From Paraspadella gotoi (Eukaryota; Animalia; Chaetognatha): DNA of 64,000 bases. The stretch is taken from contig CM119266.1 of NCBI GenBank assembly GCA_051294375.1, forward strand, positions 19,417,657 through 19,481,656, read 5' to 3'. The translations under genes and the position numbers were made by a program. Below, one piece after another: positions 10,690-24,800 of the stretch. Position 1 is the stretch's first letter; the number at the start of each line of letters is the position of its first letter. The notes beneath the pieces were generated by a model. It did no database searches and was not told where the DNA came from. It was given only the letters and a program-made list of their open reading frames with translations.

Positions 10690-13600
10690 AGAGAGAGAGA
10701 GAAGAGACAGAGAGAGAGAGAGAGAGAGAAAAGAGAGAGAGAGGGCAGAAAAAAAGCGAGTCTGCCGCGAAAAAGTATAAAAAAAAAAACCTCGCACGCC
10801 GTTAGACTTGAACCCAAAGTGAACTTTTTTTCCTCGCAGAAAAAAAAATCGTTTCACCTTCAAATTCGGTCGAATTTCTGCTCAAATTTTGTCAGAGTTT
10901 AAGACCAAAATTATCTAAAAGTTTACCTCCATTTTCCAACGTATAGTGATTTTAAACATAAATATACATTTAGGTATATTTCATTATCATTGGTGGAATT
11001 AATTTTAAATTTTGTTTTTTTACCGATTCAACATTGTTCAACATTGTTGAATCGGTAAAAAACGATTTAAAAATTGAATCAACATGTTTACAAAAGTATC
11101 AATATCTGACTTTCAAAACATTTGATCTCAGTCTCTCGGTTCATTTACATACGGAAATTTTCCTTTTTAGTTTTATGCTTTGATCGCGTTTCGAAACGAA
11201 GAAACATTGATTTTAAAAGTTTTGACGACATAAAATAAAATATAAATTTCGAGTCCAGAACGCCCCCCTCGACGCAATCTACCTCGTTGTCAATTGGCGA
11301 CGAAACAATCGAAAGAAATTCCCTATTACGTCGAAAGCGACTGATTCTCAACAGAATTCGAAAAAAAAAATTTTAAAAACAAATTCGAAACGAAATTTTG
11401 AAGATTTTGAGAAAAGAATTGTCGCGTCGCCGTAGCGCTGCTTTACCTGAGAACGCAGATCGCAGCTGCGAAAGGCGCTGGTCTGCTTTTTAGCCTCAAC
11501 AACCAAAATTTCGGTCTTTGCTGTTTTTTTTTTTTTTTTTTGCTTTTTTTCATTCCTGCTAGCGAGACATCGTCTCTTTCTCTCTCTCTCTCGCATTTCT
11601 CAAAATAGCGACTTCTTTTCTTAACTTTTTCCTATCTCTTAATGGTTTTCTTGTCTTTTTCTTAACCAACACCAACTCTAACTCCACACACCAAGACCAA
11701 CAGCAACTCTAACACCCAACACCAACACCAAGTCTAACTCTAACTCTAACTCCAACACCAAGACCAACAGCAACTCTAACACCAACACAAGACCAACAGC
11801 AACTCTAACACCACTCTAACACTAACACCAACACTAACACCAACACCAACTCTAACACCAACACCAACACCAACTCTAACATCAAACTCTAACACCAATA
11901 CCAACATTCTTTCTTTTTTTACGGTTTTCTTTCATTAGCTCTTTCAATTCTTTTTTTCTTATTCTTCTTTCATCTTTTTTCATTGTTGGTTATCACTTTT
12001 TTCCTACTTTCGTTAATTTTTGTCCTTACTTTCCTTACCACTTTCATTTCCCTTTCCTTTTTTTTTTCCTAACATCTTCCTTTTTTAAACTTAGAATAGA
12101 GCAGCATTAGTATTATGTAGAGTCGGAACTTTTTTTTAATCGACCGTAATTCTCTTTTTCTCTTTCTTTTATATCTTCTTCTTTTTCATCTACTTTCCTA
12201 ACATTTCTACCGCATTCTTCTCTTTCTGTTTTCCCCCATCTTTCTGTCCAGGCGCCCTCTCTTGCTTCGCTCCAGCACAAACGCACATTTAATCCGCCTT
12301 CGTTAATGTACCATCAGTGGCAAGAATATTAATCCGATAATAACTCAGTAATAGTAGTCCGCCTCAAGAGAAAAAACAATACCCTGTTAAACTTAAAAAT
12401 ATCTAACGTCACCACTCTGTTATTGTAATTGTAATTTTTTTTTTTAAATATGTGTAATTTTTTTGTTGGTTTTGTTCTTTAGTTCATTATTGTTTTCTGC
12501 CAAAGCGATTTTCAGATAAAAAGATATTTCAGGGTTTGTTTACAGATTCGAGCCTCAAAACAAAATCTGATTTAAGATTTTTTTTTTAATCACGAGAAAG
12601 ATCTATTCCTCGTTCATTTGCCAATTTTTTTATTTAAAAGTTTATTAGTATTATTATCATTTTTGTTATTAGTATTATTTATAATTATTTTCACACTTCA
12701 TTTAAAATTCTCTTCTCCAACTTTCATATTCGTACTCATATGCCAGCATCCAACTCAGCCAGGCCAGCATTCAAACTCAGTCATGGCCAGCTTTACTGAT
12801 TAAAGTCAATGCCACCTTGCCATGCTTCCCTCTGTCGACTCCTTTTTCCCTAATTTCCATATCAGGTTGAAATTTCGAGGTGTGAATTCAAATCTTTGGA
12901 CAAAAAAAAAAGGAAAAAGCAAATTCGGTCGTCGTCAATTTTCCTTTTTTTAAATTTCGTCATTTTTATTTTTTACGTCCGTAATTTCTTGTTCACCAAT
13001 TTTTTATGTATATACTAAATAATATGATTTATTTTTAGCCTACTAGTATCTGAATAACAGAAAGGGATATTTTTTTTACTACAAAATTCGCAGCGTCGCA
13101 GTAAAAAAATTCACCAAGATTTGAAAAACAACGAATAAACAATAAAAGGAATTTATGAAGACGGAATACTCGTCCGTCATATATGGTGACGTGAATCACT
13201 TTCGTCGTAATTGGCGGACTCGACTCTCCGACTCTCCGACTCTCCGACTCTCCGACTCTCCGACTCTCCGACTCTCCGACTCTCGACTCTCCGACCCCAC
13301 TCTCGACTCTCCCCGCCCTCTCTGAAGAACAACGAACGAATTTTTATCCTAACGAAGTTTAACTGGAAACACATCAAGAAAAATTCCGGCGAAAAAAGGA
13401 TCGAGCTTGAAAACGAAGAGTGGTAGCGGGGAAGGCGGACAAAGACTCGGACTGAGGGGGGCAAGGAACAACACTAAGACGCAAAACTATCAGATCGGCG
13501 TCGATGATCCTCAGCTGATGGAGAAGTCGCGCGAATGGAGAGATTACGAAGAACGAAAGGTGAGAGCGAAAACAGAAAAGAAGATTAAAAAAAGAAGAAA

Positions 13601-15348
13601 GGTGAGAGAGAAAAAGAAAGAAAGATTAAAAAAGAGAGGGTGAGAGAAAAAAGAAAAGAAGACTTAAAAAAGAGAGAGAGGTGAAGAGGAAAAAAGAGAA
13701 AGGTAGTCGAGGAGAAAAAGAAAAGAAAGGATTAAAAAAGAAGAGGGGTGAGAGAAGAAAAAGAAAAGAAAGATAAAAAAGAAGAAAGTGAGAGAGAAAA
13801 AGAGAACACAGAAAGATTACCGAAGAAGAAGGTCGAAGAGAGAAAAAGAAAAGAAAGAATTAAAAAAAAGACAAGGGAGAGAAAAAGAAAAGAAATTAAA
13901 AAAGAGAAAGGTTGAGAGAGAAAAGAAAGAAAGATTACGAAGAGAAAGGTGAGAGGGAAAAAGAAAGAAAGATTCAAGAAAGGAAGAAAGGTGAGATGAG
14001 AAAAGAAAAGCGAACGATTAAAAAAGAAGAAAGTGAGAGAGAAAAAGAAAAGAAAGATTACGAAGAAGAAGGTGAGAGAGAAAAGGAAAGAAAAGGATTA
14101 AAGAGAAAAAGAGCATTACAGTATAAATTAAAAACTGTAGATCGAGGTTATGGATTAATTTGAGAGAAGAAGAAAAAATTAACAGAAAATAGGCAGAGAT
14201 GAACTGCGAGAAAAATTTGATTATGAGCAAAAAAAATCGGAAAAATTAGATGAAAAAAAATCAAACGAGGGAAAAATTTGAAAAGTTGATTTGTGGGACG
14301 ACGTTCAAGTTTCATAGAAATATGAAAAAGTATGGGATATGTGCGGAATAGCAGTGACTGGTCATGTCATTGTCATGTCATTCCGTGTGTCATGCGAGAG
14401 AGTAAAGGTGAGTCCTATAAAAGACAAGACGATCGCCCCCTCACACCCTCGTTCCACTGACGCATGAATTCTTCGTGTCTCAGCAAAAAATTCATTGTCT
14501 GTTCAAAGTTCGATGAGAAAACGGAAAAAGGCGGAAGAGAAAGAGTTAGAGAAGGAGTGAGAAAGAAAGAGTGAGTTAGAAACGAAGTGAGTTTAAAAGA
14601 TGTTGATTACGTAAGCAGGACAAAGCGCGTTGAAACGGTGAAATGTGAGATGAGTGAAATTCAGGTAAGATGCAAAGAAAAAGAAAGAAAATAAAAATTA
14701 TTAAAGCTAAAAATATAGTATAGTAAATTGATGACAATTTTGATTTACAAAGATATAAAATTAGATAATATTATGCTTTTATAATTTCATACTGGACAAA
14801 GAATTTGAGATCATTATTTAATATTATTGTATGTTATCTATGTGAGGTCACCACAGCAGAGATTTAGCCTTATAAGTTTTCCTATAACTCCACATTTCTA
14901 TAAAATTTGGATAAAATAAATTTAGGTTTATGGTTAGGATAATTTAATGATTAAGTCAAGGATTAGGGTTGGTATCTAAGCGTTACGGTGATTAGGATTA
15001 GTGGGTTTAGTGGTCAATTAGAGGTTAGCGAAATTAGATTATTATTCGTTATGGTTTAAGCTATTAAATATTAAGATAAAATTAATTTCAGGAATTATGA
15101 ACAAAATCGTTCTGCGAAAGAGAGCTGAGATTATTATGGTTTTACCTCCCGTGCGACTCAACGGCTTTCACGCGGCCAAAATGGCTCTATGTTATTAGCC
15201 ACACAACGACGATGACGACGCATGGACCGACGACGATGACAACACGAGAAGGAAAGTCGTTCGTTTCTGCCCTTTTCCCCTTGCCTTCCTTTCGTGAGAC
15301 ACGACGAAGCACGACGACGTAAAACAGAGGAAAGAACATTAACAGAAT

Positions 15349-15397
<49 letters not shown>

Positions 15398-15755
15398 AGA
15401 GACGATGAGAGATAGATAAGATTAGATAGATAAAGATAGATAGAATAGATAGATAGATAGATAGACTCTATCTATCCTATCTATCTATCTCTCTCTGAGT
15501 CAGTATTCTTGTTCCATGTTCTATAGATTATGAAAAGAAAGAAAGACGAAAGAAGGAAAGAAAGGAAAGGACAAGAAAGAAAAGAAAGAAAGAAAGAAAG
15601 AAAGAAACGAGAGAATTTGGAGTGAGTGAGATTGAAAAAATGATAGATATATGATTAAAGAAAGAAAGAAAGAAAAAAAGAAAGAAAGAAAGAAAGAAAG
15701 AAAGAAAAAAAGAAAAAAGAAAAAAAGAAGAAAGAAAGAAAGAAGAGAAGAGTTA

Positions 15756-15984
15756 GCGGCCCATTGGTGCCGGAGGCAAGTCATTCCGCTCCCAACCCAA
15801 AGTCGGGGTTCTAGCCGGTGGTCGTCTGGCAGTTAAGAGGGACGGGCGCTTAACCCCGCCTGTAAAATGGTGGTTACACGCTGATCCGAAGCTCAGGGAC
15901 TGCTTAAAAGTGCTTATATGAACGGTTCTGTCACTAACACATAACAATAATTACTGTCTCTTTCATGGTGAGCCCGACTTCTGA
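15756..15984 (+). mobile_element. Family-2 tRNA-bearing LTR-like element ending in CA, immediately followed by a PBS
   Basis: ...CTGTCTCTTTCA (15965) is followed by TGGTGAGCCCGAC (15966-15978), whose first 10 nt match the TRIM PBS. Confidence 0.7.
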
Positions 15985-17094
15985 ACATAACAGCAACAAC
16001 AACACTTTCAGGCAAGAAGAAGAGGAAGAAGAAGAGGAGGAAGAAGAAGAAGATGAGTAAGAGGGTTTATGGTTCTAATGATCGACTCAACTCAGGAATG
16101 AATTAAATGTCTTTTCAGAGATATATAGTCTATATATCTCGATCGAAAAAGAATTAAGATAAAGAAATAAGACGACGGTTTAGTTCCCCTTGGTGCGCCT
16201 CCGTCCGCCGTCGCTTATTTAGATTCTGAGAAACCCAGAGAAGAAAGATGAAGTGGAAAGATTTTCTTAAAAGTGAATAAGTTCATATTGCATGTTTTCT
16301 TATTTTTAACAGGAGTTAACGAGAATTGTTTAGCTGAAAAGAAAATGAAATAATTATAAAAAACGGAAAAAAAAATCAAATTATTACACCGGTACTTTTA
16401 CTCTGAATTAATTTTCAAACCATACAGTTTTCTTTCCATATTTTGTATTATACATGTAAAATTGTTCTCAATGTTTTTCATTTCACTTAAAAAATTGATC
16501 ATTGCCTTTAGAAGTTTTATTTTTTTTGTCCTTTGTCGAATAATAAAAAAAAATACTGAGCTAAAGACAAGAAACCTTACCGAGTGAAGTTAAATATTAG
16601 TCTTATTAATATGATAAAAAAATATAAGTTTGAGTGCCTTTTTTTTCTGGTGGACGCTTCAAAGTTTTTTCCCGAAAAAAAAGTTTAAGCGAAAAAAAAA
16701 ATAGGAAAACAATTCGTCGAGTCTCATTTGCATTTTTTGTTGAGTCTTAAGTCGAATCTAGAACATGTTTTCCTGCCTTTGCCAAGATTTTTCTCGGAGA
16801 TAAGACGAGTAAGAAAAAAAAAGAATTTTCTTTATAATCCAGATTATGTTTTAAGAACTACAGCGAGAAAAGATCATATTGCCTTAACGGTACACACTGC
16901 ACAAGTGCACAGTCTGCACAACTCCAACGATTATGTAGACCAAAAAAAAAAAACAATAAACTTTTCAAATATAATTATAAAAGGCGCAAGAATTCTTTTC
17001 TTCTCAAAAAGCGAATAGTGCAGTGTGAATTTTTATTTGTACTTGGTTAAGAAGATTGTCGTAGAAGAAGGAATAGGAAGAAGACAGCGACGAC

Positions 17095-17135
<41 letters not shown>

Positions 17136-17178
17136 CTGATGCTTAAAGTTACACCCTTGTGTTACTTCGCGCAAAGAT

Positions 17179-17215
<37 letters not shown>

Positions 17216-17874
17216 GAGAGCGAGACCATCAAAGAAAATTAGCATAAAAATTAGCAGGAATACCACTCTTATTAAATTTCGATTTATTAACAACTTTTTA
17301 TTATCTAAAAGAATAAATATATAAATAAATTATTTAAAAAAAACAAAAAACAAATCATTCAATCCGTAATTTTATTAATTTTCAAACTACATAACGTATT
17401 TTTCTTTTCATATTCTCATTTACAATTTTCCTCCAACGCAAACCTCCATCCTATTCTTATGTACTGCGTCAAATTGTTCTCAGTCTTTTCCACTTTTGGG
17501 AATCACAAGTACATTCTTGCAGTAGTCATTAATTGTGCCCGAATTTCTGAGAAACTGGTTCTTCATAATCGAATCACATGACATCATGAAACAAATACTT
17601 TTTTCCAAGAGACGTGGGGTCAAGAATTTAATACCTAGCAGAGGAAATTTTGATGACGGTGATTCGTCAGCCGCCAAACTGGGATTCAAATCAAATTTTC
17701 CGATGGCAGGATTCAAATCGAAATCACTTTACAAAGAATGTGAAAGGTGAAGGAACAATATTGGTTTTTGAGATCAAACGAGCGTGAATTCTGATTCGCC
17801 TTCACGAGTTCACTGCGCGCAGAACCAGACGGTCGTGTTGGACTTCATAAGACGTTTTCTATTGTGGAGTAAAA

Positions 17875-18510
17875 GAGAGGAAAGGAAAGATTAGAAAAGG
17901 GAGAAAAAGCAAAAAGAAGAAAGGAGGAAAGGAAGGAGGAAAGGAAAGTTTATAAAAGAGAGAAAAAGGAGGAAAGGAAAGATTAGAAAAGGGAGAAAAA
18001 GGAAGAAGGGAAAGATTAGAAAAAAGAGTAAAACAAAAAATAGGAAAGGAGGAAAGGAAGGAAGAAAGGAAAGATTAAAAAAGAAAAAAAAGGAAGAAAG
18101 GAAAGATTAGAAAAGAGAGAAAAAGGAAGAAAAGGACAGCTTAGAAAAGGAGAGAAAGGAGGAGAGAAAGATTAAAGAGAGAAAAGGAAAAAGGACAGCT
18201 AGAAAAGAGAGAAAAGGAGGAGAGGAAAGATTAGAAAAGGAGAAAAAGGAAGAAGGACAGTTTAGAAAAGAGAGAAAAAGGAGGAGAGAAAGATTAGAAA
18301 AGGGAGAAAAAGGAAGAAAGGACAGCTTAGAAAAGAGAGAAAAAGGAGGAGAGGAAAGATTAGAAAGAGGAAAAAGGAAGAAAGGACAGCTTAAAAAAGA
18401 GAGAAAAAGGAGGAGAGGAAGATTAAAAAAGGGAGAAAAAGAAGAAAGGACAGCTTAGAAAGAGAGAAAAAAGGAGGAGAGGAAAGATTAGAAAAGAGAG
18501 AAAAAGGAAA
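17875..18510. repeat. Purine-rich minisatellite (GAAAGATTAGAAAAG / GGACAGCTTAGAAAAG units)
   Basis: Visible alternating tandem units. Confidence 0.8.
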
Positions 18511-19588
18511 AAGATGAATTAGGATGAGAAACCGAAGCCAATGGATCAATCAACGTCGCAATCAGAATTCCTTCCTTTTCAGTCGAATGTCCCCAGGGGG
18601 GGGCATGGGGTACTGGGGGGGGGGCGAGGGGACGACGCGAGGACAAGAAAAACTTGGATGGGGAGCAAATAAATTGTTTATTAGAAACAACGGGGTTCCA
18701 CTGTGCGGGATAACGAGATTCCACTGTGCAGGATAATGCTCGTGCAGCACATCGCGTCAAAGGAAGAGTGAAAGAAAAGAAAGAAAGAGAGATAACAGGT
18801 ATAGTTGGAGAGAGGGAAGTATTCAGGATGTGCATGGTATTTAGGAGTAGTTAAAACGATCAAACAAGTTACGAGTAATAATTAAAAGTATATTAACGTA
18901 TCTTTACTTATAATTGAACTCACAACCGTTTAAGGTGGTCGACAAACCGAGCTGGAGAAAAAAATATTTGAAGAAAAGAGGAAAGAAAAGAAAAGAAAAG
19001 AGAAGAAAAGAGAATAAATGAAAGAAGAAAAGAGGAGTAGACGAATGACCTTGAGAATTATGAAGACCGAGGCGCTGATGCAAACGAGGCCGGAATGACT
19101 TTTTCGATTCATTAAAACAGAAGGCGGCGACTGGCGGCGTTGAAATCCATTCACCAGTCGCCCGTCTTGCACCTGGTAATAAATTAGTACGTGACTCTGT
19201 GCGCATGAAACCATCGTTCAGTTGGTATAAAAAGAAATGAGTCTTTTCGAAAAATTACATTAATTTAGATTCGCCCATTACAATGATTGTGAAACACATT
19301 TTCCTTTTGATTATCAATTTCAAGAGTTTCTCACTTGAAAAATAATTATTCAAAATCACTCAGGGTTTTGATTGCGCCGAGTCAATTTTAGTGAAGATCG
19401 ATGTTGCGTCTCACATTTCACATCAACTCGCTAACTCTATCCTCTTTGTCTCTCTCTCTCTCTCTGTCTGTCTTCTGATTATAAGCCTTGGGCGGGGCTT
19501 CGTTTTGACACTACGTCGAACCTTCGTAAAAATATGAGAGCGAAAATAAGAACCAAAATAAAAATTCAAACTTACTAAAGAGAAAGAT

Positions 19589-19684
<96 letters not shown>

Positions 19685-20195
19685 AAGGATCTCAATAGAG
19701 AGTGACCTTTTGCAATCTTCTGGCACAAAATAGTTTGCCACTCGACAGGAAAATCCCCTGGCATAGAAATGCCATTGAGCGCCGAGTCTGAAATTCAAAA
19801 CGGCGAAAGTTTCCGAACGAAACGAGATTAAAATTTCAAAGTCTGGTTTTTCAAAAATTTAATCCGTGATTTTGAAGTCGTTGGGACGCGTGTCGGGTTC
19901 GGAATTCTAACAATATTTCATCCGCGCCACTTAGTTATAACACTCGGCTAAACTCAAACTTTAGGGGAAATCGTAGTGAAGCGAAGTAGGTTGAACAATT
20001 TAGTAATTAATATGTGAAAAAATTAAGTAATTAATGTTTTGAGATTTAAACGAGCGACACGCCGAGAGAACTTTTATTTTTTAATGTTTTTTTTTTTTTA
20101 TTCTTTTATTCGTTTCTTTTATGTTTATCGAGCGAAATTTCTTAATGTTAATAAAATTCATGATCTTGGGTTTGAGGCGTTTGGCGGAATGAAAG

Positions 20196-20246
<51 letters not shown>

Positions 20247-20640
20247 AAAGAAAGAAAGAAAAGAAAGAAAAGAAAAGAAAAGAAAAAGAAAGAAAAAAGA
20301 AAGAAAGAAAAGAAAAGAAAAGAAAGAGAAGAGAAGAGAAAGAAGAGAAGAGAAGAGAAGAGAAGAGAAGAAGAAAGAAAAGAAAAGAAAAGAAAGATAG
20401 GAAAGAAAAAGAAAAGAAAGAAAGAAAAGAAAGAAAAGAAAAGAAAGAAAAGAAAGAAAAGAAAAGATAGAAAAGAAAAGAAAAAGAAAAGAAAAGAAAA
20501 GAAAAGAAAAGAAAAGAAAGGAAAAGAGAAGAAAATAAAAGAAAAGATAGAAAAGAAAAGAAAAGAAAAGAAGAAAGGGAAGAACTGAAAAAAGGCGGTG
20601 CTATTTTTGAAAGAATAACGGGATCCCCGTTGCTACTGGA

Positions 20641-20682
<42 letters not shown>

Positions 20683-20997
20683 TGCGACGATTACATTCAA
20701 AACGATAGGCAGGTTGACGTCACATTCCTAAAGAAGGAAGAATCATGAAGATTATTTCCAAGTTAACATAATCTTTTTTGGAAAATAAATTCCATGTCAG
20801 AAGTAGTCGTAAGTAGTACATTGAAAATAACTTACTAAAAGTTACACATTTAAGAAAAGGTTTCGCAGTTGTTGTCTAAGATTTTATTTCAAAGTCGAAT
20901 GAAGTGACGTCACTCGAAATTTTATCGCGAGTCAGAAAGGGAAATCAACCTCTGTTTGACATGGTTGTATGGAAAACGAGTTGAGAAATGTGCAATG

Positions 20998-21168
20998 TGC
21001 ATTGTGCAATGAGCATACCTTCCAATATAACACCTGTTTATTATCAGCTGATAATAGTTTATATTATGAAACATTTTTCGTGCATTTTGCATTGTGCAAT
21101 GAGCATACCTTCTATTATAACAACTGTTTATTATCAGCTGATTATAGTTTATATTATGAAACATTTTT
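20998..21168. repeat. Two-copy ~90-bp tandem duplication
   Basis: TGCATTGTGCAATGAGCATACCTTC...ATTATGAAACATTTTTC occurs twice. Confidence 0.85.
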
Positions 21169-21795
21169 CTTTAGAAGTTATATCCATTCCATTCCTTCTC
21201 TATTTCGAGGCGCAACGATTAATGTAATATTTGGAATGGCGGGAAATTGTGGAGAATATGTTGAGGTCACTTAGTACATAAATGCGAGTCATGTTATATT
21301 ATGTATCATGTACAACGGCCACACAATATAAATATTTATTTCCGTAACGTTTTAAAGAGTATTCATTGATAAACTTCTGTCTCAACACAAAGACACTGGA
21401 TTCCAAAAAATGGATAAGAATTAGAAATGGTTAGGATAAAGTTTAATCGAATCGAGTCGAAGTTTGAGAGAAAAAAGAAATTATAAAAGACAAAAGGGAA
21501 TAAAAGGGAAATAAATGGGGAAAAAAAGAAAAATGGCTGCTTTTGATTCATGAGTTAACAATAACGACGACAACAACAACAACGACGACATAATCTCAAT
21601 TTTTGCTTTTAAAATTTCGATTCTCATTTCCACGATTATTTTGTCTTCGTTTCAGCGACTGGAAGGTCATGTTTTAATCTTGTTTTTTAAAATTATTTTT
21701 ATCAAAAAAAAAATATTAAGAAATCCAATAACAAAAATCAGTACCGATAGAAAAAAAGGACTGAAAAACGCTAAAGAGTAAAAACTAAAGATTGG

Positions 21796-21849
<54 letters not shown>

Positions 21850-24800
21850 ATTTTCGAACAGCTTTTGACAAATAACAAAGCGAATTGTTTGAGAAGTGAT
21901 TTACGACATAAGATGGATTTCGTCACGTTTTATCACATTCATTTTCGCCACATCTCTCATTTGTTGATGAGACACATCGCGCTTGAGTTGTGACATACCT
22001 TTTACTCTTCAACTAAAATTAATGTCCCGAAATATGGCCTATCATCTCCCCCAGAGGCCTGACTTTTCCCAGTTTGTGTCACATCGCTAGCCTAGAGGGA
22101 TTTATTCTTCTGTCTCGAAATGAATCTCAGCGGACGACGTCGCGCTGTCGCCGCAGGGATTTTCCATTGGTCAACGGGAAAACTTTTCCATATTTCATTA
22201 GAACTGACGTCGAATCCTTGATCCTCCATCAAAGTCTGACTCCGTCAATTCTGGATCTTCATTACATAGTTACATTGAAGACTACATCTAATCCAACACA
22301 TCCTTCAATTTCCTTAAATCAACCCGATGAGTATTAATCCAAAAATAAAAAAAAATATTTGGATTCAACCGATGGGAAAGCATTAGAGAGCTACGGAGTT
22401 TATTTGGTTACTGTGACATTAATACCATGTTTAAACGTAGAAATAATTTTATTTCTAAGATCTACTGTTCGAAAAATTTAGTTCTCAAAAGAATAGTCGC
22501 ATTCTTTAATGATTGAAATATTTTAATCGATAACTGTAACCTTTTTTTGTCTTTAGTGGTAGTTTTCATACAATTTTTAACTTTGTTTTGTCTTTAGTCT
22601 TAGCTTTTTTGATGCTTATGTATGTACTGAATCAACCTTGTTTAATTTGAAATAAAACCCATAATATATTCAATATGAATGTACCAATATGAATGACGAC
22701 CGCGATAGCGTATTTTCCCCCCGCCAGTGGCTACGCCCATTCGAAGGATTGCACAGATAAAATTTTTTTGCACGGGCGCAAAGGTTTTACCTTTCAGGGA
22801 TTTTAGTCAAAAAATTTACGAGAAAAAGTTCGTCGAAAAAAAAAAAATTATCCATCGAAAAATACGGAGATAAAAAAAAATCCCTTTCTTTTGAAGAAAA
22901 AGAAAAATGTTTGGCGTCCTCTTAAAATTTCGAACTTTTTACGCATTTTTAAATTCCTGATGATTTTATCTGATCTTCGATCACGAAACGTTTTCAAAAT
23001 CTTTTCTTCTTTTATTTTTTCTTTCGAATCTCTCGGTGTTCGTTAAACTCCGCGTGACGGCGGCAAAAATTAACCACAAACTTACCATAAACTTGAGCTA
23101 CCTTACCGGTTTTTCGTTTTCGCTTACGATTATGAAAAAAAAAAAATGAATATGTTGCCCCCGAAACTTTCGAAGAACAATATACGTTGATTTATGTTTT
23201 TTAATTAAGGTAATTGGCGGTTAAAAGAAACGCTTAACGAAATTATTCAGGCCCGCGATCAATTAAGAAGGGATTAGTCGGCGAGGGTGGACCGACCGAC
23301 CGATCGAGCGGGAAACGAAGGCCGACCAAGTGACCAAAGGAATCACGATTACGTTAACTAGACCTTAAGAACAACGATGTCACCGACGTCTTTGTCGTCA
23401 CTATCGTTTTGGTCGTCATCGTTGCCTTATTCGTCATCGTGGCCTTATTCGTCATCGTCGTCGTCGTCTTAGTCGTCCTCGTCGTCTTTTCGACTCGATC
23501 TTTTAAGACAGGGACTCTCCGATTTTAAGAATAGTCATTTTTTGCGCATTAGTCATAGTTTTGGGCGTCGTCGAACTGAATCTACAATACAGGTTTTGCC
23601 CAATTTTTTTTCTTTTTCTGTTTATTTCACTTTCACAAAAGAGAGCCTTTTTTTTTCAAACTGGGCGCATTCGGAAAAGAGAGCATTTTTTGTCTTGATT
23701 TCCGTCGCCCTTTGACTTCTCTCTTTTTTTTTTTCGATTCGACTTTCATTTCAAAAGGAAATCAATGGGTTTCTTTCGGGCCATTGAGACCGGAAGTGGG
23801 ACTCCGCCTCCCCTGAAGACTATGCAGCCGCGCAAGCCGCGCCAGTCGCGGCAGGCTTCCGCCAGCGCCCGTTTTCATGGTGGTCGGCAAAGCTCAGCTG
23901 TCGGCGTTTAAAGAAAATATAGTTTTTTTTCCGTGATCTTTTGTTTTTATTTGATTTGATTTTGAAACAAAAATTTTTAAAAAAATAAAGATTCAATCTT
24001 TCCTTTTCACTGTGAAATTAACTAATTAATTTTTCTAATTTTTTCTTGACTTTTAATTATTCTCTTTACTTAGTTTCGTTTTTATATTTTTATCTTTTTT
24101 TCAGTTCCCGTTCCATTTCTTTTTTTAATTTTCTTCATTTATTTTATTCCTAGGTTTTTATTAATTCAGTCACTGTTTGTTTTTTCATTGTTTCCCCTTT
24201 TTTTTATTAACAAGGTCTATTTGCCTTGACAACTATTTTATTGGAGGGACTTCAAACAACAAATAAATTATTTTCTAAAATTGACTTGACTGGTTAAGCG
24301 ACACGGACGCTTCCTTTTTTATAATTATTCCTTTGAAGTTGGGAAAGTAAATAATGATAATTTGTTTTTTTATTTCAAATGTAATCAATGACGCGTCTCC
24401 ATTTAGTTCGCTTTACGTTAAGAGAAAAAGATGTTACGCTTTTAATAAACATTTTTAAAAGGCTGGGAGTGGTCAACTGCCGTGTCTCCTTTGAAATTTT
24501 GCTTGGCCCAGCTGTACTGAGAGATTTCTTTTAAGTCTCTCGTTATTCTCGTTTTTGTGGTTGTTGCATTCAGTTCAATTTGATAATCTATCCAGGCGTG
24601 ATATAAACGACACGAATTTGCTCATTTTTAAAAAAAAAATGTTCAGTGTAAACAGAAATATTTTCCTTCAACGACACCAGACCAGTCGACTGAATCAAAG
24701 ATTTAAGAAAGAAAACCCAAGTTGACAGCGACGTTTACAAGCAGTTGCAGAATGACGACTTTGAAAGTGTCACGGACGCCAATAAAACGAAGACGACGTC

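Larger units (their letters stand above)
2034..15965. repeat. ~14-kb inverted duplication (arms 2034-8942 and 8968-15965) around a 25-N gap; probable assembly artefact
   Basis: The right arm is the reverse complement of the left along its whole length. Differences are mainly single-base indels in the right arm. N run at 8943-8967. Confidence 0.95.

Noticed and set aside
22957-22996. Third hammerhead-like motif CTGATGA...TGATCTTCGATCA-C-GAAACG
   Set aside because: Seven unpaired bases lie between the core and the stem, and there is no stem I; compatible with chance.
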